Part shown: piece by piece, positions 18,015-27,475 of the stretch
Layout of the letters: every line of letters begins with the position of its first letter
How positions within the stretch are numbered: position 1 is the stretch's first letter
Virus record (IMG/VR): IMGVR_UViG_3300009163_000026
Span: 22,856-86,855 of that record
From: a virus
Reading direction: 5' to 3' (one strand)
Length of the DNA: 64,000 bases
Translations under genes and position numbers: made by a program
Notes under the pieces: generated by a model
The model's database searches: none
The model's input: the letters and a program-made list of their open reading frames with translations, nothing else
Told to the model about the DNA's origin: nothing

Positions 18015-18926
18015 TTAGATAGCATTTGATAACGTCTTTTTAAAGACAGCGTTCTCTCCTCGCCCGTAGCGTTTTAGTTTACCAGCATCTTGAAGCTCTT
18101 TTAATGCAAGGTATGCTTGAGAAGGTGTGAGATTGAATTGCTGCATTACTGCTTGCTTAGTAATATTAGGCGGATCTAGTTCAAGAATCGCGTTAGCGAT
18201 CTCAGCTTTACGATCACCCTTACTCTGCGATCTCGCAACTTCTTTTTTACCTGTAACCTCAATACCACGTGAAGTCATAATAGCCGAATAATCTCCAATT
18301 CTCCCGTAGCGATTCTTATAGACGCTCAATACGCGTTGAGTCTCGTCGCCATCAGGATCTAGAGTAATCATAAAGTTAACATCAACACTATGCGGCACTA
18401 AAGTACTGCCTTTCAATTGATTACCAGACTTAGTAAAGTGCATTACAAAGACAACAGCGCAATTCGTACGCTTAGCAGCGCTAATTAAAGTCGTAACAGC
18501 ATAGCGTTCAAGCTCGGAGCGATTGAGCTTATGCTCAGTAGTAAGCGCTTGAAAAGAATCGACAACGAGAATATCGAGATCATCCATAGCAGCAGCAAGA
18601 CTATCAATATCAGTCTCGTTAGCAATTTGAACATTCTGAACGTTCAATCGCTTGCAAGTATAAGCAACTTGCTGCATACTCTCTTCACCGCTCGCATAGC
18701 CTACGCTATAGCCATTATTAGCGAGAGCTTCAGTTAATTGAAGCAACGCTGTAGACTTACCCGCTCCTGCAGCTCCTGTAAACGTCATTGCACATCCAGG
18801 AAGAATTCCATCTCCGAAGAGATTATCAAACTCTTCAATTCCAGTTTTCATTCGGCAATAGAATGAGCTTGGAATCTCAATATCTGATACCTTTCTAAAC
18901 GACGATTTAGTTAAATTTAAGTTCAT
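18015..18926 (-). CDS. RadA/Sms-like RecA-family ATPase lacking Zn finger and Lon domain, with C-terminal wHTH-like region
   Basis: TGIEEFD, GAAGAGKST Walker A, SGEES, ILVVDSFQ Walker B, HFTKSG, HSVD, KNRYG. Confidence 0.85.
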   Translation of the reverse strand: MNLNLTKSSFRKVSDIEIPSSFYCRMKTGIEEFDNLFGDGILPGCAMTFTGAAGAGKSTALLQLTEALANNGYSVGYASGEESMQQVAYTCKRLNVQNVQIANETDIDSLAAAMDDLDILVVDSFQALTTEHKLNRSELERYAVTTLISAAKRTNCAVVFVMHFTKSGNQLKGSTLVPHSVDVNFMITLDPDGDETQRVLSVYKNRYGRIGDYSAIMTSRGIEVTGKKEVARSQSKGDRKAEIANAILELDPPNITKQAVMQQFNLTPSQAYLALKELQDAGKLKRYGRGENAVFKKTLSNAI

Positions 18927-18985
18927 AATTTATTTTCTCTTCTCCTAATTATACGAGTGTTCCCTTTGCTAATCTCTTGAAACTA

Positions 18986-19207
18986 TTACTTATTATTGTA
19001 ATAGTTCTCGAGCGGGTGCCGCAGGTTTACTTTAAAAGGAGTTTTATACCAGCCACGAATCTGCTCACCGTTAACGTTGTAAAAGTTAGCAACTCTCCCG
19101 CTACCTGAGAGTTTAATGTAAGCTCTCATCGCTTTTGCATTATCAATAGTAGCTTTGTAATTACTTCCAAGTTTTACTTTATAATACGCTCTCCAAAATA
19201 TATTCAT
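18986..19207 (-). CDS. Hypothetical protein
   Basis: GGAAC promoter 19217-19232. Confidence 0.65.
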   Translation of the reverse strand: MNIFWRAYYKVKLGSNYKATIDNAKAMRAYIKLSGSGRVANFYNVNGEQIRGWYKTPFKVNLRHPLENYYNNK

Positions 19208-19233
19208 TGTATCGCAATTATACGATAGTTCCC

Positions 19234-19467
19234 TTACCAGGAAATCGTTCGCGAAGAACCAAGCTCATTACCGCCTTCAAACTTATAACCAGCACGCTGA
19301 AGAAATTCTTCGACGCAAGGCGAAAGACTAGTTCGCGTAATATTAATAGAGAATTTTCCCAAAACAGCTGCGCCCCAAATATCCCCATCCAGAGCTTTAA
19401 GTTGGTTCTGACTCTCAAGTGTTGTAATCTTGTTAGCGATGTCTCTTGCTTCTTGCGCTGTAATCAT
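19234..19467 (-). CDS. Small phage protein (MITAQEAR..GYK..TISW type); start re-called
   Basis: Typical MxTAxEA N-terminus and ISW C-terminus. Confidence 0.65.
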   Translation of the reverse strand: MITAQEARDIANKITTLESQNQLKALDGDIWGAAVLGKFSINITRTSLSPCVEEFLQRAGYKFEGGNELGSSRTISW

Positions 19468-19514
19468 ACTTAATATTAGTATCAAATGTAGCAGAGTCAA
19501 CTGTTTAAAACAAA

Positions 19515-19549
19515 AAAAACTCCTGTAGATTAAATCTACAGGAGTTTTT
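19515..19549. terminator. Intrinsic terminator, bidirectional
   Basis: AAAAACTCCTGTAGAT-TAA-ATCTACAGGAGTTTTT. Confidence 0.85.
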
Positions 19550-19562
19550 ACTTTAATTTTCT

Positions 19563-19985
19563 TTACATGTTATCAAAATCAATTTCTGCTACACCTTTAT
19601 CCTTTACTTCAATATCTGCCATGGTTTTGCCAGCGGATGCTTTAAAAGCATCTGTCCATTGTTTACTGTTGTGATCGATCTTCACATCATCGAGGAAGTA
19701 AAAAGCTAACTTAGGATCCTCCTGATCATACTCACCTTGTTCATTAGCAAAAACAATAGCAGGTCCTGCTGCGTTATGAAGAACATCATTTTCTGTATCA
19801 CTTATCTTCTTTGTATAAAACATAACAATATTTTTTGAACCATCTTTAAAATCATTTAGTCTAAGATTTTGACCTTTTTGGTTATAAAGGTGACTGGCGG
19901 AATTATTAAGATTCTCTGCATCTGCAGTACCTTCTAGGATAAGACGAGCAATGTCGCCTAGGGATTGGATGTCTGATTTTCTCAT
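19563..19985 (-). CDS. Late protein with one LHxxxGPA motif
   Basis: LHNAAGPAIVF..YFLDD; TATAAATA at 19993-20000; CTS-like LILE. Confidence 0.7.
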   Translation of the reverse strand: MRKSDIQSLGDIARLILEGTADAENLNNSASHLYNQKGQNLRLNDFKDGSKNIVMFYTKKISDTENDVLHNAAGPAIVFANEQGEYDQEDPKLAFYFLDDVKIDHNSKQWTDAFKASAGKTMADIEVKDKGVAEIDFDNM

Positions 19986-20011
19986 ATGTTTATATTTATA
20001 TAGTCTGTTTA

Positions 20012-21109
20012 TTATTTATCAAGATTAATAGCGTTAAATTCTACATCTGATCCATTATCTAATGCCCATTTAACAAACGGTAAACTACTACTACGATCTG
20101 TTCCGCCTGTCGGTATTAAGAATACAGTTTTTACCTCTGGCAGGTAGGACTTTTTAAAGTCAGCCTCTATACAATCTGTAAGGAATATAAATCCGTGAAA
20201 TCTATCCATAGGCATATCAGTATCATCAAAATCAACGCGTTCACCAGTAATTGTATCTCTAAAGCCTTTCTCAAATATGCATTTCATTGTTGTTCCCCAG
20301 TCGTTACCACCAGAGAAGCCTGTTTCTATAGTCGGTCTAATAATATCAATCATTGCATAGGGATCTTTATTGCCTTCAGATGGAGTAAAATCGATATAAT
20401 GCCAGACATTACCACTGTAAAAAATAATACGAATGACACCTAGACTACTTCGATGTTCTTCAGCGATGCTAAAGACAGCACCCATAAACGTTTCTAGCAT
20501 TGGAGGATTACCAGCAGTAATAGAACCAGAAGTATCTATACATATAGCAAGATTACCTAAGGTAGGCTTGCCTGGAACCTTTCCTGGTACACCTGAACTT
20601 CCCTGCTCTATACGATTTAAACTAGCTCTATGACTCTTCGAGTGATCTCGACCACCTTTTGGTTTGAATGCTCCAAGCATGCCTTGAAGAATATAGCGCC
20701 AATCTGCTTCAGGTATTTCTATATCGTCTAAAATAGTTTTAGCCTTAGCGTTTTCTCTCTGAGCTCTAACCTGTTCAGCGTGTTTATGAGCTTTACGTAT
20801 AATTTCTACTTCACTTTCCTGATCTTCATTATTTCCATCATTGGGTACATCAGAACCAGGTAGACCTTCAGCTCCATCACCTTCATGCATATCATTAACG
20901 GGTATAATACCTCCTGGAGTACCTGGAGGACCTTTACCTCCTCCTGGAGTACCTGGAGGACCTTTACCTCCTCCTGGAGTACCTGGAGGACCTTTACCTC
21001 CTCCTGGAGGACCGTCGCCCGGAGTACCGCTGCCACCGCCACCGCCCCCGCTTGGTACCCCACCACCTGGACCTACAACACCTTCTATTATAAACTTAAA
21101 CTTCTTCAT
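20012..21109 (-). CDS. VWA-like protein (DUF2201 C-terminal half) with Gly/Pro-rich N-terminal repeats
   Basis: DWRYIL, ICIDTSGSI MIDAS, GGND, IFLTD. Confidence 0.8.
   Translation of the reverse strand: MKKFKFIIEGVVGPGGGVPSGGGGGGSGTPGDGPPGGGKGPPGTPGGGKGPPGTPGGGKGPPGTPGGIIPVNDMHEGDGAEGLPGSDVPNDGNNEDQESEVEIIRKAHKHAEQVRAQRENAKAKTILDDIEIPEADWRYILQGMLGAFKPKGGRDHSKSHRASLNRIEQGSSGVPGKVPGKPTLGNLAICIDTSGSITAGNPPMLETFMGAVFSIAEEHRSSLGVIRIIFYSGNVWHYIDFTPSEGNKDPYAMIDIIRPTIETGFSGGNDWGTTMKCIFEKGFRDTITGERVDFDDTDMPMDRFHGFIFLTDCIEADFKKSYLPEVKTVFLIPTGGTDRSSSLPFVKWALDNGSDVEFNAINLDK
20910..21009. repeat. Perfect 30-bp tandem repeat x3.3 (encodes GGGKGPPGTP)
   Basis: cctcctggagtacctggaggacctttacct units at 20910, 20940, 20970. 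Confidence 0.95.
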
Positions 21110-21115
21110 AATTCA

Positions 21116-22012
21116 TTAATATTTAATTACCTCTATAGGTATGGGAAATACAGGGACTTGAATAACAGGTTTTGTTTCATAATCTCCGTTTGGTAAGATA
21201 CTTACAACTTCTTGCCAATCAGGAGGATCAGAGCCTTTAATCATAAGCTTATCACCTACTTTAAACTTATAATCTGCAGGTGCTAATAAATTAGGGGTAA
21301 GTGTCGGATTCTCTTTCTGTATTCTTTCTATCTCACGAGCATCTTTTAACATTAGAGTATATAATCTTTCTGCAGAGCTGCCCTTCACCATATACCTCTT
21401 CCCAGTGAAGAATACCGGAAACTGTGTAAGACCATCTGCACCACATAACATACCGTCCTCGGGCGGTTTGAGACCATATGTATGCTCTAAATGATAATTC
21501 ATCTCATAATCTGTAGCGATATTCCAAAGCCGGATTGGTCGCTTGTCATGGTCAAAGAGTACTATAGCTTGTCGTCCTCGCTTACGATCAAACGTTTGAT
21601 TAAAAATATGATAAACTTCATGCGCGAGAACAAACGCTATTGGATTATTTTGGTCAAGTATTTTAAAGCCCTTGTCACTCAGTTGTACACTACCTTTACC
21701 AATCTCGAGCATAAAATCAGGGTTAATATAAAGATTACGTTTATCATCTACGGCCATAGTAGGTACATCAAAAGTTATTTGAATACTCATTTGTCTAAGG
21801 AGAAATCCAAAGTATGGATGAGTGTTATCCATATGATCTCTGAGTGCTGCTATTAAAGATTGTACAACGGTTGGATTATAATCAGAATGTCCAGGTGTAT
21901 TGCTCTCATTAATAGCTTGTTTATAACGACGGGTAATGACTTGCTTACTCGGTAATGGTCTCTTATAAAGCTCATTTATAAGAAGGTTATATTGATTATT
22001 AAACTTAAGCAT
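21116..22012 (-). CDS. Putative metallopeptidase (DUF2201 N-terminal half)
   Basis: PYFG, VPTMAVD, LYINPDF, AHEVYH (HExxH), WNIATDYEMN, SAERLY. Confidence 0.85.
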   Translation of the reverse strand: MLKFNNQYNLLINELYKRPLPSKQVITRRYKQAINESNTPGHSDYNPTVVQSLIAALRDHMDNTHPYFGFLLRQMSIQITFDVPTMAVDDKRNLYINPDFMLEIGKGSVQLSDKGFKILDQNNPIAFVLAHEVYHIFNQTFDRKRGRQAIVLFDHDKRPIRLWNIATDYEMNYHLEHTYGLKPPEDGMLCGADGLTQFPVFFTGKRYMVKGSSAERLYTLMLKDAREIERIQKENPTLTPNLLAPADYKFKVGDKLMIKGSDPPDWQEVVSILPNGDYETKPVIQVPVFPIPIEVIKY

Positions 22013-22015
22013 ATA

Positions 22016-23992
22016 TTATGGATGAGTTAAAAACTTAAGACTCTGTTGAACTAAAATGTTAATTTCTTCTAATGAAGCTCCTTCTTCTTCCTCGTCTTCT
22101 GATGAAGCTCCTTCTTCTTCCTCGTTATCGTCATTAAAATGTTCGCTCAGCTTACGTTGCAGCGACGCCATAGCGTCTTTCATTTCTTGCTGGCTAAATT
22201 CAATATCTTTGCCTCTATCATCTTTGATTTTCTGTTGTTGTGCTGGAGTGAGATTCTTATCTAGAGCGAGCTTGAATAAAGGAAATAGCTCTATATCATT
22301 ATGCTTAGCATTTGCAAGATAGCTATATGTTACTGCCGCAAGATCTCTAGCATTTTCCGCTATCTGTGTATTTATAATACTATAAATTCTTGAGATAGTT
22401 TTAAATTCATTATCAATATCTTTATTAAAACTAACAGGTATGCTATCAGCAAACTCTTTATACTTTTTCTCATTACCATGAGGGTGCGGGATTGGTACCT
22501 TACCAGTAACATAATCACCTAACCCACAGTTTGTAATAAACTGTCTCATGATTGATTGAAATAGATTTTTAAGTTGACCCATACCGCTAGTCACCTGCTG
22601 CGCTGTACCACCCTTACTTTTCCCAGTAGAAGTTTTTGAAGCGTAAGTCAGCTTTTGTATAATTGAATCCCTAGCTTCAGAATCACTACTAAACTTAAAG
22701 ATACCCTTAATGTTATTATTTATACTCATTATGTATTCTTTAAATCGACTGGCCCACTTCGAGTTAATTTTAGCTTGTGTGTCTTGTATTATATCCTTTA
22801 AATATGTCTCAGCGAGTATCTTGTCTAATTCACTCTTTTTACTTTGAAGTTGCGCATTCGCACGAGCCTTCTCCGGTGTACCATCAATAAGCGTCTCATA
22901 GTTTGATGTTAATTCAGCAATTTCACCTGTTAATCGCTTATTTGCCGCATTAGTTATAAAATCTTGCGTGTATATAAATTCAGAGAGAGCAACGAAGTTT
23001 CTCGGATTCGGGGCATTATGGCCGATTGATTTTTTGTTACCTCCCTGTTTAATGAATGTGGTTTTAAATTCCTCTTCAGACTGAGCTTCTTTCATTTGCT
23101 TTAAGAATCCCATTACAAGTGGATGAATCAGAGAGTGTTCAGTACCATCTCTCTTGGTAACTTTTACAGTATCAGCCCATTCTTTCCAGCTTTTGAAATC
23201 TATTTCAAGCCATACCGATTTAAAGCGGTCCCGTAGAGCATCTAACATCTTCTCTACTCCTAAACCACTTTCAGGAAGATTACCAGCACCATGAACTGTC
23301 CAAGCTTCTTTGTTAGCTATTCTTCGTCCAGAGATCATTCTCTCATCCTTATGAAGAAGTCCGTATAGAGCTGTCTGTGTACCGGTCTCAGCTTGGTTGA
23401 TCTCATCTAAGAATAACATACCTGCAGCATTAGGCAAGAATAAAACTACCATCCAGGTTTCAAATAAAGAGTCCATTGTATCTTTTTTTGTTTGAGATTT
23501 AAATGGCGTGCCTTTTAGTTCATATTTTTCGTAAGCTGTCATACGAACATCAATAAAAATATAATACTTATCGGGGTTTTCGTAAACTTCGGTAAATTTA
23601 TCCTCATTTGAGCCTAATTTTACAAGCTCGATAAATTCCCTTGTGCCGTTATACCTTGATTGACAAATATGTTTAGCAGTATCAAGTATAATAGCGGATT
23701 TACCCATCCCGGGATCACCTAATACACAAATAGAATGATTAAGATCGTTATCATAACCGTTAGAATTTTTAAAGAGATATTCTCTTAAAGAAGGTATATC
23801 CATAACGGGTAATTCCATCCCGCCTCTGATTGCTGTCTTATCAACTGTAGATCTAAACGGTATATTTTCCATAGATGAAGGTAGTAGACCTTCATCTGAA
23901 TCCTCATAGTCAAAGGGAGCCTCAGTTAGTAATGATACTCGTTGACCTTTGTTATTTTTCTCTAAAAATTGTAAATAGTAGTCAGTTGACAT
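22016..23992 (-). CDS. MoxR-like AAA+ ATPase with long helical C-terminal extension
   Basis: GDPGMGKS Walker A, LFLDEINQA Walker B, AGN, ALRDRF Arg finger, PNPRN; adjacent to DUF2201/VWA. Confidence 0.85.
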   Translation of the reverse strand: MSTDYYLQFLEKNNKGQRVSLLTEAPFDYEDSDEGLLPSSMENIPFRSTVDKTAIRGGMELPVMDIPSLREYLFKNSNGYDNDLNHSICVLGDPGMGKSAIILDTAKHICQSRYNGTREFIELVKLGSNEDKFTEVYENPDKYYIFIDVRMTAYEKYELKGTPFKSQTKKDTMDSLFETWMVVLFLPNAAGMLFLDEINQAETGTQTALYGLLHKDERMISGRRIANKEAWTVHGAGNLPESGLGVEKMLDALRDRFKSVWLEIDFKSWKEWADTVKVTKRDGTEHSLIHPLVMGFLKQMKEAQSEEEFKTTFIKQGGNKKSIGHNAPNPRNFVALSEFIYTQDFITNAANKRLTGEIAELTSNYETLIDGTPEKARANAQLQSKKSELDKILAETYLKDIIQDTQAKINSKWASRFKEYIMSINNNIKGIFKFSSDSEARDSIIQKLTYASKTSTGKSKGGTAQQVTSGMGQLKNLFQSIMRQFITNCGLGDYVTGKVPIPHPHGNEKKYKEFADSIPVSFNKDIDNEFKTISRIYSIINTQIAENARDLAAVTYSYLANAKHNDIELFPLFKLALDKNLTPAQQQKIKDDRGKDIEFSQQEMKDAMASLQRKLSEHFNDDNEEEEGASSEDEEEEGASLEEINILVQQSLKFLTHP

Positions 23993-24033
23993 GATATATC
24001 TATTTATGCCTCGTGAGTAAATACTCTATAAAC

Positions 24034-24393
24034 TTAAAGCTTAAAACTATTCGGCTTAACACTACGGATATACTGCTCACCATATGCCTCAAGTGTTCCA
24101 GAGATAAACTGAAACTGTCTCTGTGAGAGGGAGTCAATATCTTTTAACTTCTTATAGCTTATAAGGTATTCAGCTTTAAATTTATCCTCCCTATCCTCTC
24201 TCTTATACCATTTAAGTCCATTGGCGTAAGGCTTAACCTTACCAGCAAAGTGGAAAGCTGTTAATGTAGCGTAACCACCTTTCTTTTCTGCGGCTGCTTG
24301 TATCTTAGCAGCTCCAGAAGCCCGCTTCTTTATAAATTCAAGGAAATCATCTACTGTATCTATAATTTTTTCAAAAAGTCCAATGAATTGCAT
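24034..24393 (-). CDS. Basic late hypothetical protein
   Basis: TATAAATA at 24401-24408. Confidence 0.7.
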   Translation of the reverse strand: MQFIGLFEKIIDTVDDFLEFIKKRASGAAKIQAAAEKKGGYATLTAFHFAGKVKPYANGLKWYKREDREDKFKAEYLISYKKLKDIDSLSQRQFQFISGTLEAYGEQYIRSVKPNSFKL

Positions 24394-24403
24394 ATAGATA
24401 TAT

Positions 24404-24637
24404 TTATAGGTAAGGCTGTTGATTATAATTAATACCTTCAGTTACTCCACATGAGAACATATGAAGAATAGCTTTTTCAAGCTGCTCGATAGTAAAGAGT
24501 TTCAGTGTCATAAAGTCTCTATAGGTGTTGAACTTGAATGCATTGCCTTCTAAGCATGTATATGCTGTATTAAATGCATCCTGCGTGTTAAACTTAATGT
24601 AGAGGCCTTCGAGCGGTTGGTTGATATCAATTGTCAT
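24404..24637 (-). CDS. Hypothetical protein
   Basis: GGAAC-N5-TACAAT at 24644-24659. Confidence 0.65.
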   Translation of the reverse strand: MTIDINQPLEGLYIKFNTQDAFNTAYTCLEGNAFKFNTYRDFMTLKLFTIEQLEKAILHMFSCGVTEGINYNQQPYL

Positions 24638-24682
24638 ATTATGATTGTAAGTAAGTTCCTTTGTCGTAATTATTTGTAGAGA

Positions 24683-24721
24683 AAATAAAACGCCCGGTAC
24701 TAAGTACCGGGCGTTTTATTT
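24683..24721. terminator. Intrinsic terminator, bidirectional
   Basis: AAATAAAACGCCCGGTAC-TAA-GTACCGGGCGTTTTATTT. Confidence 0.85.
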
Positions 24722-24739
24722 AGTTATGCAATCAGTATA

Positions 24740-24967
24740 TTACTTAGTAGTAATGCCATTCATCTTGAGCGCACGTGCCAGGTCGCGTGGTGCGACTCGG
24801 ACCCACTCAGACGATCCACCTGTCTTAGTCTCCATCAACGCACTATGGCCTTGGATCTCAAACTCACCATTCGGCTGCCGCAGAAAGGTAACGTTGAAGT
24901 TCTTAGGGTTCTTAGTTGCATTGCGATTTGCGAGATACTCGCTCCATGTTTCGTTTGTTTTCTTCAT
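24740..24967 (-). CDS. Hypothetical protein
   Basis: ORF track; followed by terminator. Confidence 0.65.
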   Translation of the reverse strand: MKKTNETWSEYLANRNATKNPKNFNVTFLRQPNGEFEIQGHSALMETKTGGSSEWVRVAPRDLARALKMNGITTK

Positions 24968-25004
24968 AAATTATATTATCATTATATGATCTATCCTATA
25001 CAAA

Positions 25005-25253
25005 TCAAGAGATATTCTCAGATGATTTGACCTTCTCAATCCAGCCTTCCTGGATGATCATCCAATCGTGGATGCATGCACGCTCAGCAATTAACCGCTG
25101 AGCGCATCCCTGACGGGCATCGGTTATGTGAGTACGAGACCATCGAGTGAAGAAGCGCTCCAGTACCTCCTCACGCGTAAGGCGTACCGTCCTGGTGCCG
25201 ATTGGATGATCGTTCTCAGCGTATTCAGGCTCTGTGTGGCAGTAGTAAATCAT
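25005..25253 (-). CDS. Hypothetical protein
   Basis: GGAAC promoter 25260-25275. Confidence 0.65.
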   Translation of the reverse strand: MIYYCHTEPEYAENDHPIGTRTVRLTREEVLERFFTRWSRTHITDARQGCAQRLIAERACIHDWMIIQEGWIEKVKSSENIS

Positions 25254-25276
25254 ATTATTATTATATTAGAGTTCCC

Positions 25277-25450
25277 TTAATAGCATTCACTATCTGTCAT
25301 TCCTTTTAATGAGATTGACTTACGCTTACGATATGTTGGTGACCGCAGGTAGATATTCTCACGCTCCACTGGCTTGAAGATGACTGACGAGACGTCTTTA
25401 TGCTTCAGCAGTGAGATTGGATCTGGCTTAATAACTTGTTTTACAAACAT
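25277..25450 (-). CDS. 57-aa hypothetical protein (MFVKQVIKPDPISLL...)
   Basis: Hand-translated; GGAAC promoter 25456-25471, ATG 5 nt after TATAAT. Confidence 0.6.
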   Translation of the reverse strand: MFVKQVIKPDPISLLKHKDVSSVIFKPVERENIYLRSPTYRKRKSISLKGMTDSECY

Positions 25451-25472
25451 ACTTTATTATATTGAAGTTCCC

Positions 25473-25505
25473 AAAAAACCCCTACCTGGAAAACCAAGTA
25501 GGGGT
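25473..25505 (-). terminator. dnaK intrinsic terminator
   Basis: ACCCCTAC(T)TGG..CCA(G)GTAGGGGT stem plus U-run on minus strand. Confidence 0.75.
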
Positions 25506-25522
25506 AAGTTAGTACTTACTTG

Positions 25523-27391
25523 TTATGCGGCAGTTTCCTCAACCACTTCAGCATCGAACACACCATCTTTATCAGCTTGTGATTCATCTACTGGCTTAGG
25601 CATTGCTTGCGCTAATTGCATAAGCAATGCTTCAAGTTCACCTTGAGCAGCCTTAAGCGCATCAATATCTTCACCAGCTAAAGCTAGGTTACAAGCAGCA
25701 ATCTTTTCTGTTACTGTCTCTTTAAGCTCACTCGGGATATTCTCTCCCAGCTCTCTTACCTGACCTTCAACATTAAACACAAGTGAACTACACTGATTGC
25801 GTTGATCGATCATATCTACGCGCAGCTTATCAGCATCAGCGTGCAGCTCTGCGTCAGCTTTTGCCTGCTCAATCTCTTCTTTTGATAGTCCAGACGATCC
25901 TTCAATTGAAATTTTCTGCTCCTTGCCGGACTGCTTATCTTTAGCAGACACATGCAGGATACCGTTTGCATCAATATCGAAGGTTACTTCAATTTGAGGT
26001 TCACCTCTACGCGCAGGTGCAATACCGTCTAGTTTAAATTGACCTAGTAATTTATTATCACTAAACATCTTACGCTCACCTTGACAGATTTGAATATCTA
26101 CAGCGGGCTGATTATCAGCTGCTGTAGAGAACGTTTGACTTTTCTTAGCAGGTATAGTTGTATTACGTTCGATAATGTTAGTAGCGATGCCGCCCATTGT
26201 TTCAATTGAGAGTGAGAGAGGAGTAACATCAAGTAGTAGTACATCTGTTACATCTCCTGCTAACACACCGCCTTGAATAGCAGCACCTAACGCAACAACC
26301 TCATCAGGATTAACACCTTGGTTTGGTGCTTTACCTGCTAATGCAGCAGCGGTTTCAACAACCTTAGGCATACGCGTCATACCCCCTACCAAGACAAGTT
26401 CTACAGCACCTTTAATACCACCATCCTTTAAACATTCTTTAACAGGCTTTTTAGTGCGAGTAAACAATGAGTCAGTTAGCTGTTCGAGCTGTGATCTCGT
26501 CATTGTGAGGGAGATATGCTTAGGACCTGTAGCATCAGCCGTAACAAACGGAATTGAAATATCATAAGTCTGTGCTGATGATAGAGCAATCTTAGCCTTC
26601 TCAGACTCCTCTTTGATTCGTTGCAACGCGTCGGGCTGATTAGATAGATCAATGCCTTGATCCTTCTTAAACTCTCCTACAATCCATTCAATTAAAGCAT
26701 TATCCCAATCATCGCCACCTAGTGAGGTATCACCGTTTGTAGATAGAACTTCAAATACTCCATCACCGATTTCGAGTACTGAGATGTCGAAGGTACCGCC
26801 ACCTAAGTCATAGACAGCGATCTTACCGTCTGCCTTCTTATCTAAACCGTAAGCCAAAGCAGCTGCAGTTGGTTCGTTAATGATACGTAACACTTCAAGA
26901 CCGGCAATTTCTCCCGCTGCTTTAGTAGCGCTGCGTTGTGAATCATTAAAGTAAGCTGGTACAGTGATGACTGCTTTAGTAATTTTCTCTCCGATCTTTG
27001 CTTCTGCATCTGCTTTTAGTTTACTTAGAAGCATTGCAGCAATTTCTTGTGGTGAGTATACTTTCTTTTGACCTTCAACTTCAACTTCAATATGTGCATC
27101 ACCGTTAGCTGCTTCTACGATAGTATAAGGTACGCGCTTATCAGCGTCCTTAAGCTCGGAGAATTTGCGACCAATAAGTCGCTTTGCAGAGCTAATTGTA
27201 TTTTTTGGATTGGTTACTGCTTGACGCTTAGCGGCTTGGCCTACAAGGCGTTCACCGTTCTTAGCGAACGCTACTACTGATGGAGTAGTGCGTGCGCCTT
27301 CTGCGTTTTCAAGAATGTTCGCATCTTTACCATCCATGATGGCCATGCACGAGTTAGTAGTTCCTAGGTCGATTCCTAATATTTTTGACAT
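25523..27391 (-). CDS. dnaK: Chaperone DnaK (Hsp70)
   Basis: [53 protein letters not shown]. Confidence 0.98.
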   Translation of the reverse strand: MSKILGIDLGTTNSCMAIMDGKDANILENAEGARTTPSVVAFAKNGERLVGQAAKRQAVTNPKNTISSAKRLIGRKFSELKDADKRVPYTIVEAANGDAHIEVEVEGQKKVYSPQEIAAMLLSKLKADAEAKIGEKITKAVITVPAYFNDSQRSATKAAGEIAGLEVLRIINEPTAAALAYGLDKKADGKIAVYDLGGGTFDISVLEIGDGVFEVLSTNGDTSLGGDDWDNALIEWIVGEFKKDQGIDLSNQPDALQRIKEESEKAKIALSSAQTYDISIPFVTADATGPKHISLTMTRSQLEQLTDSLFTRTKKPVKECLKDGGIKGAVELVLVGGMTRMPKVVETAAALAGKAPNQGVNPDEVVALGAAIQGGVLAGDVTDVLLLDVTPLSLSIETMGGIATNIIERNTTIPAKKSQTFSTAADNQPAVDIQICQGERKMFSDNKLLGQFKLDGIAPARRGEPQIEVTFDIDANGILHVSAKDKQSGKEQKISIEGSSGLSKEEIEQAKADAELHADADKLRVDMIDQRNQCSSLVFNVEGQVRELGENIPSELKETVTEKIAACNLALAGEDIDALKAAQGELEALLMQLAQAMPKPVDESQADKDGVFDAEVVEETAA

Positions 27392-27475
27392 ATATACGAA
27401 TTTATATTATCAAATGTATTTTTCAACTATTTTTAATAAGAAAATCTAAGTACTATTGTTTTTTATAGTCGTATT

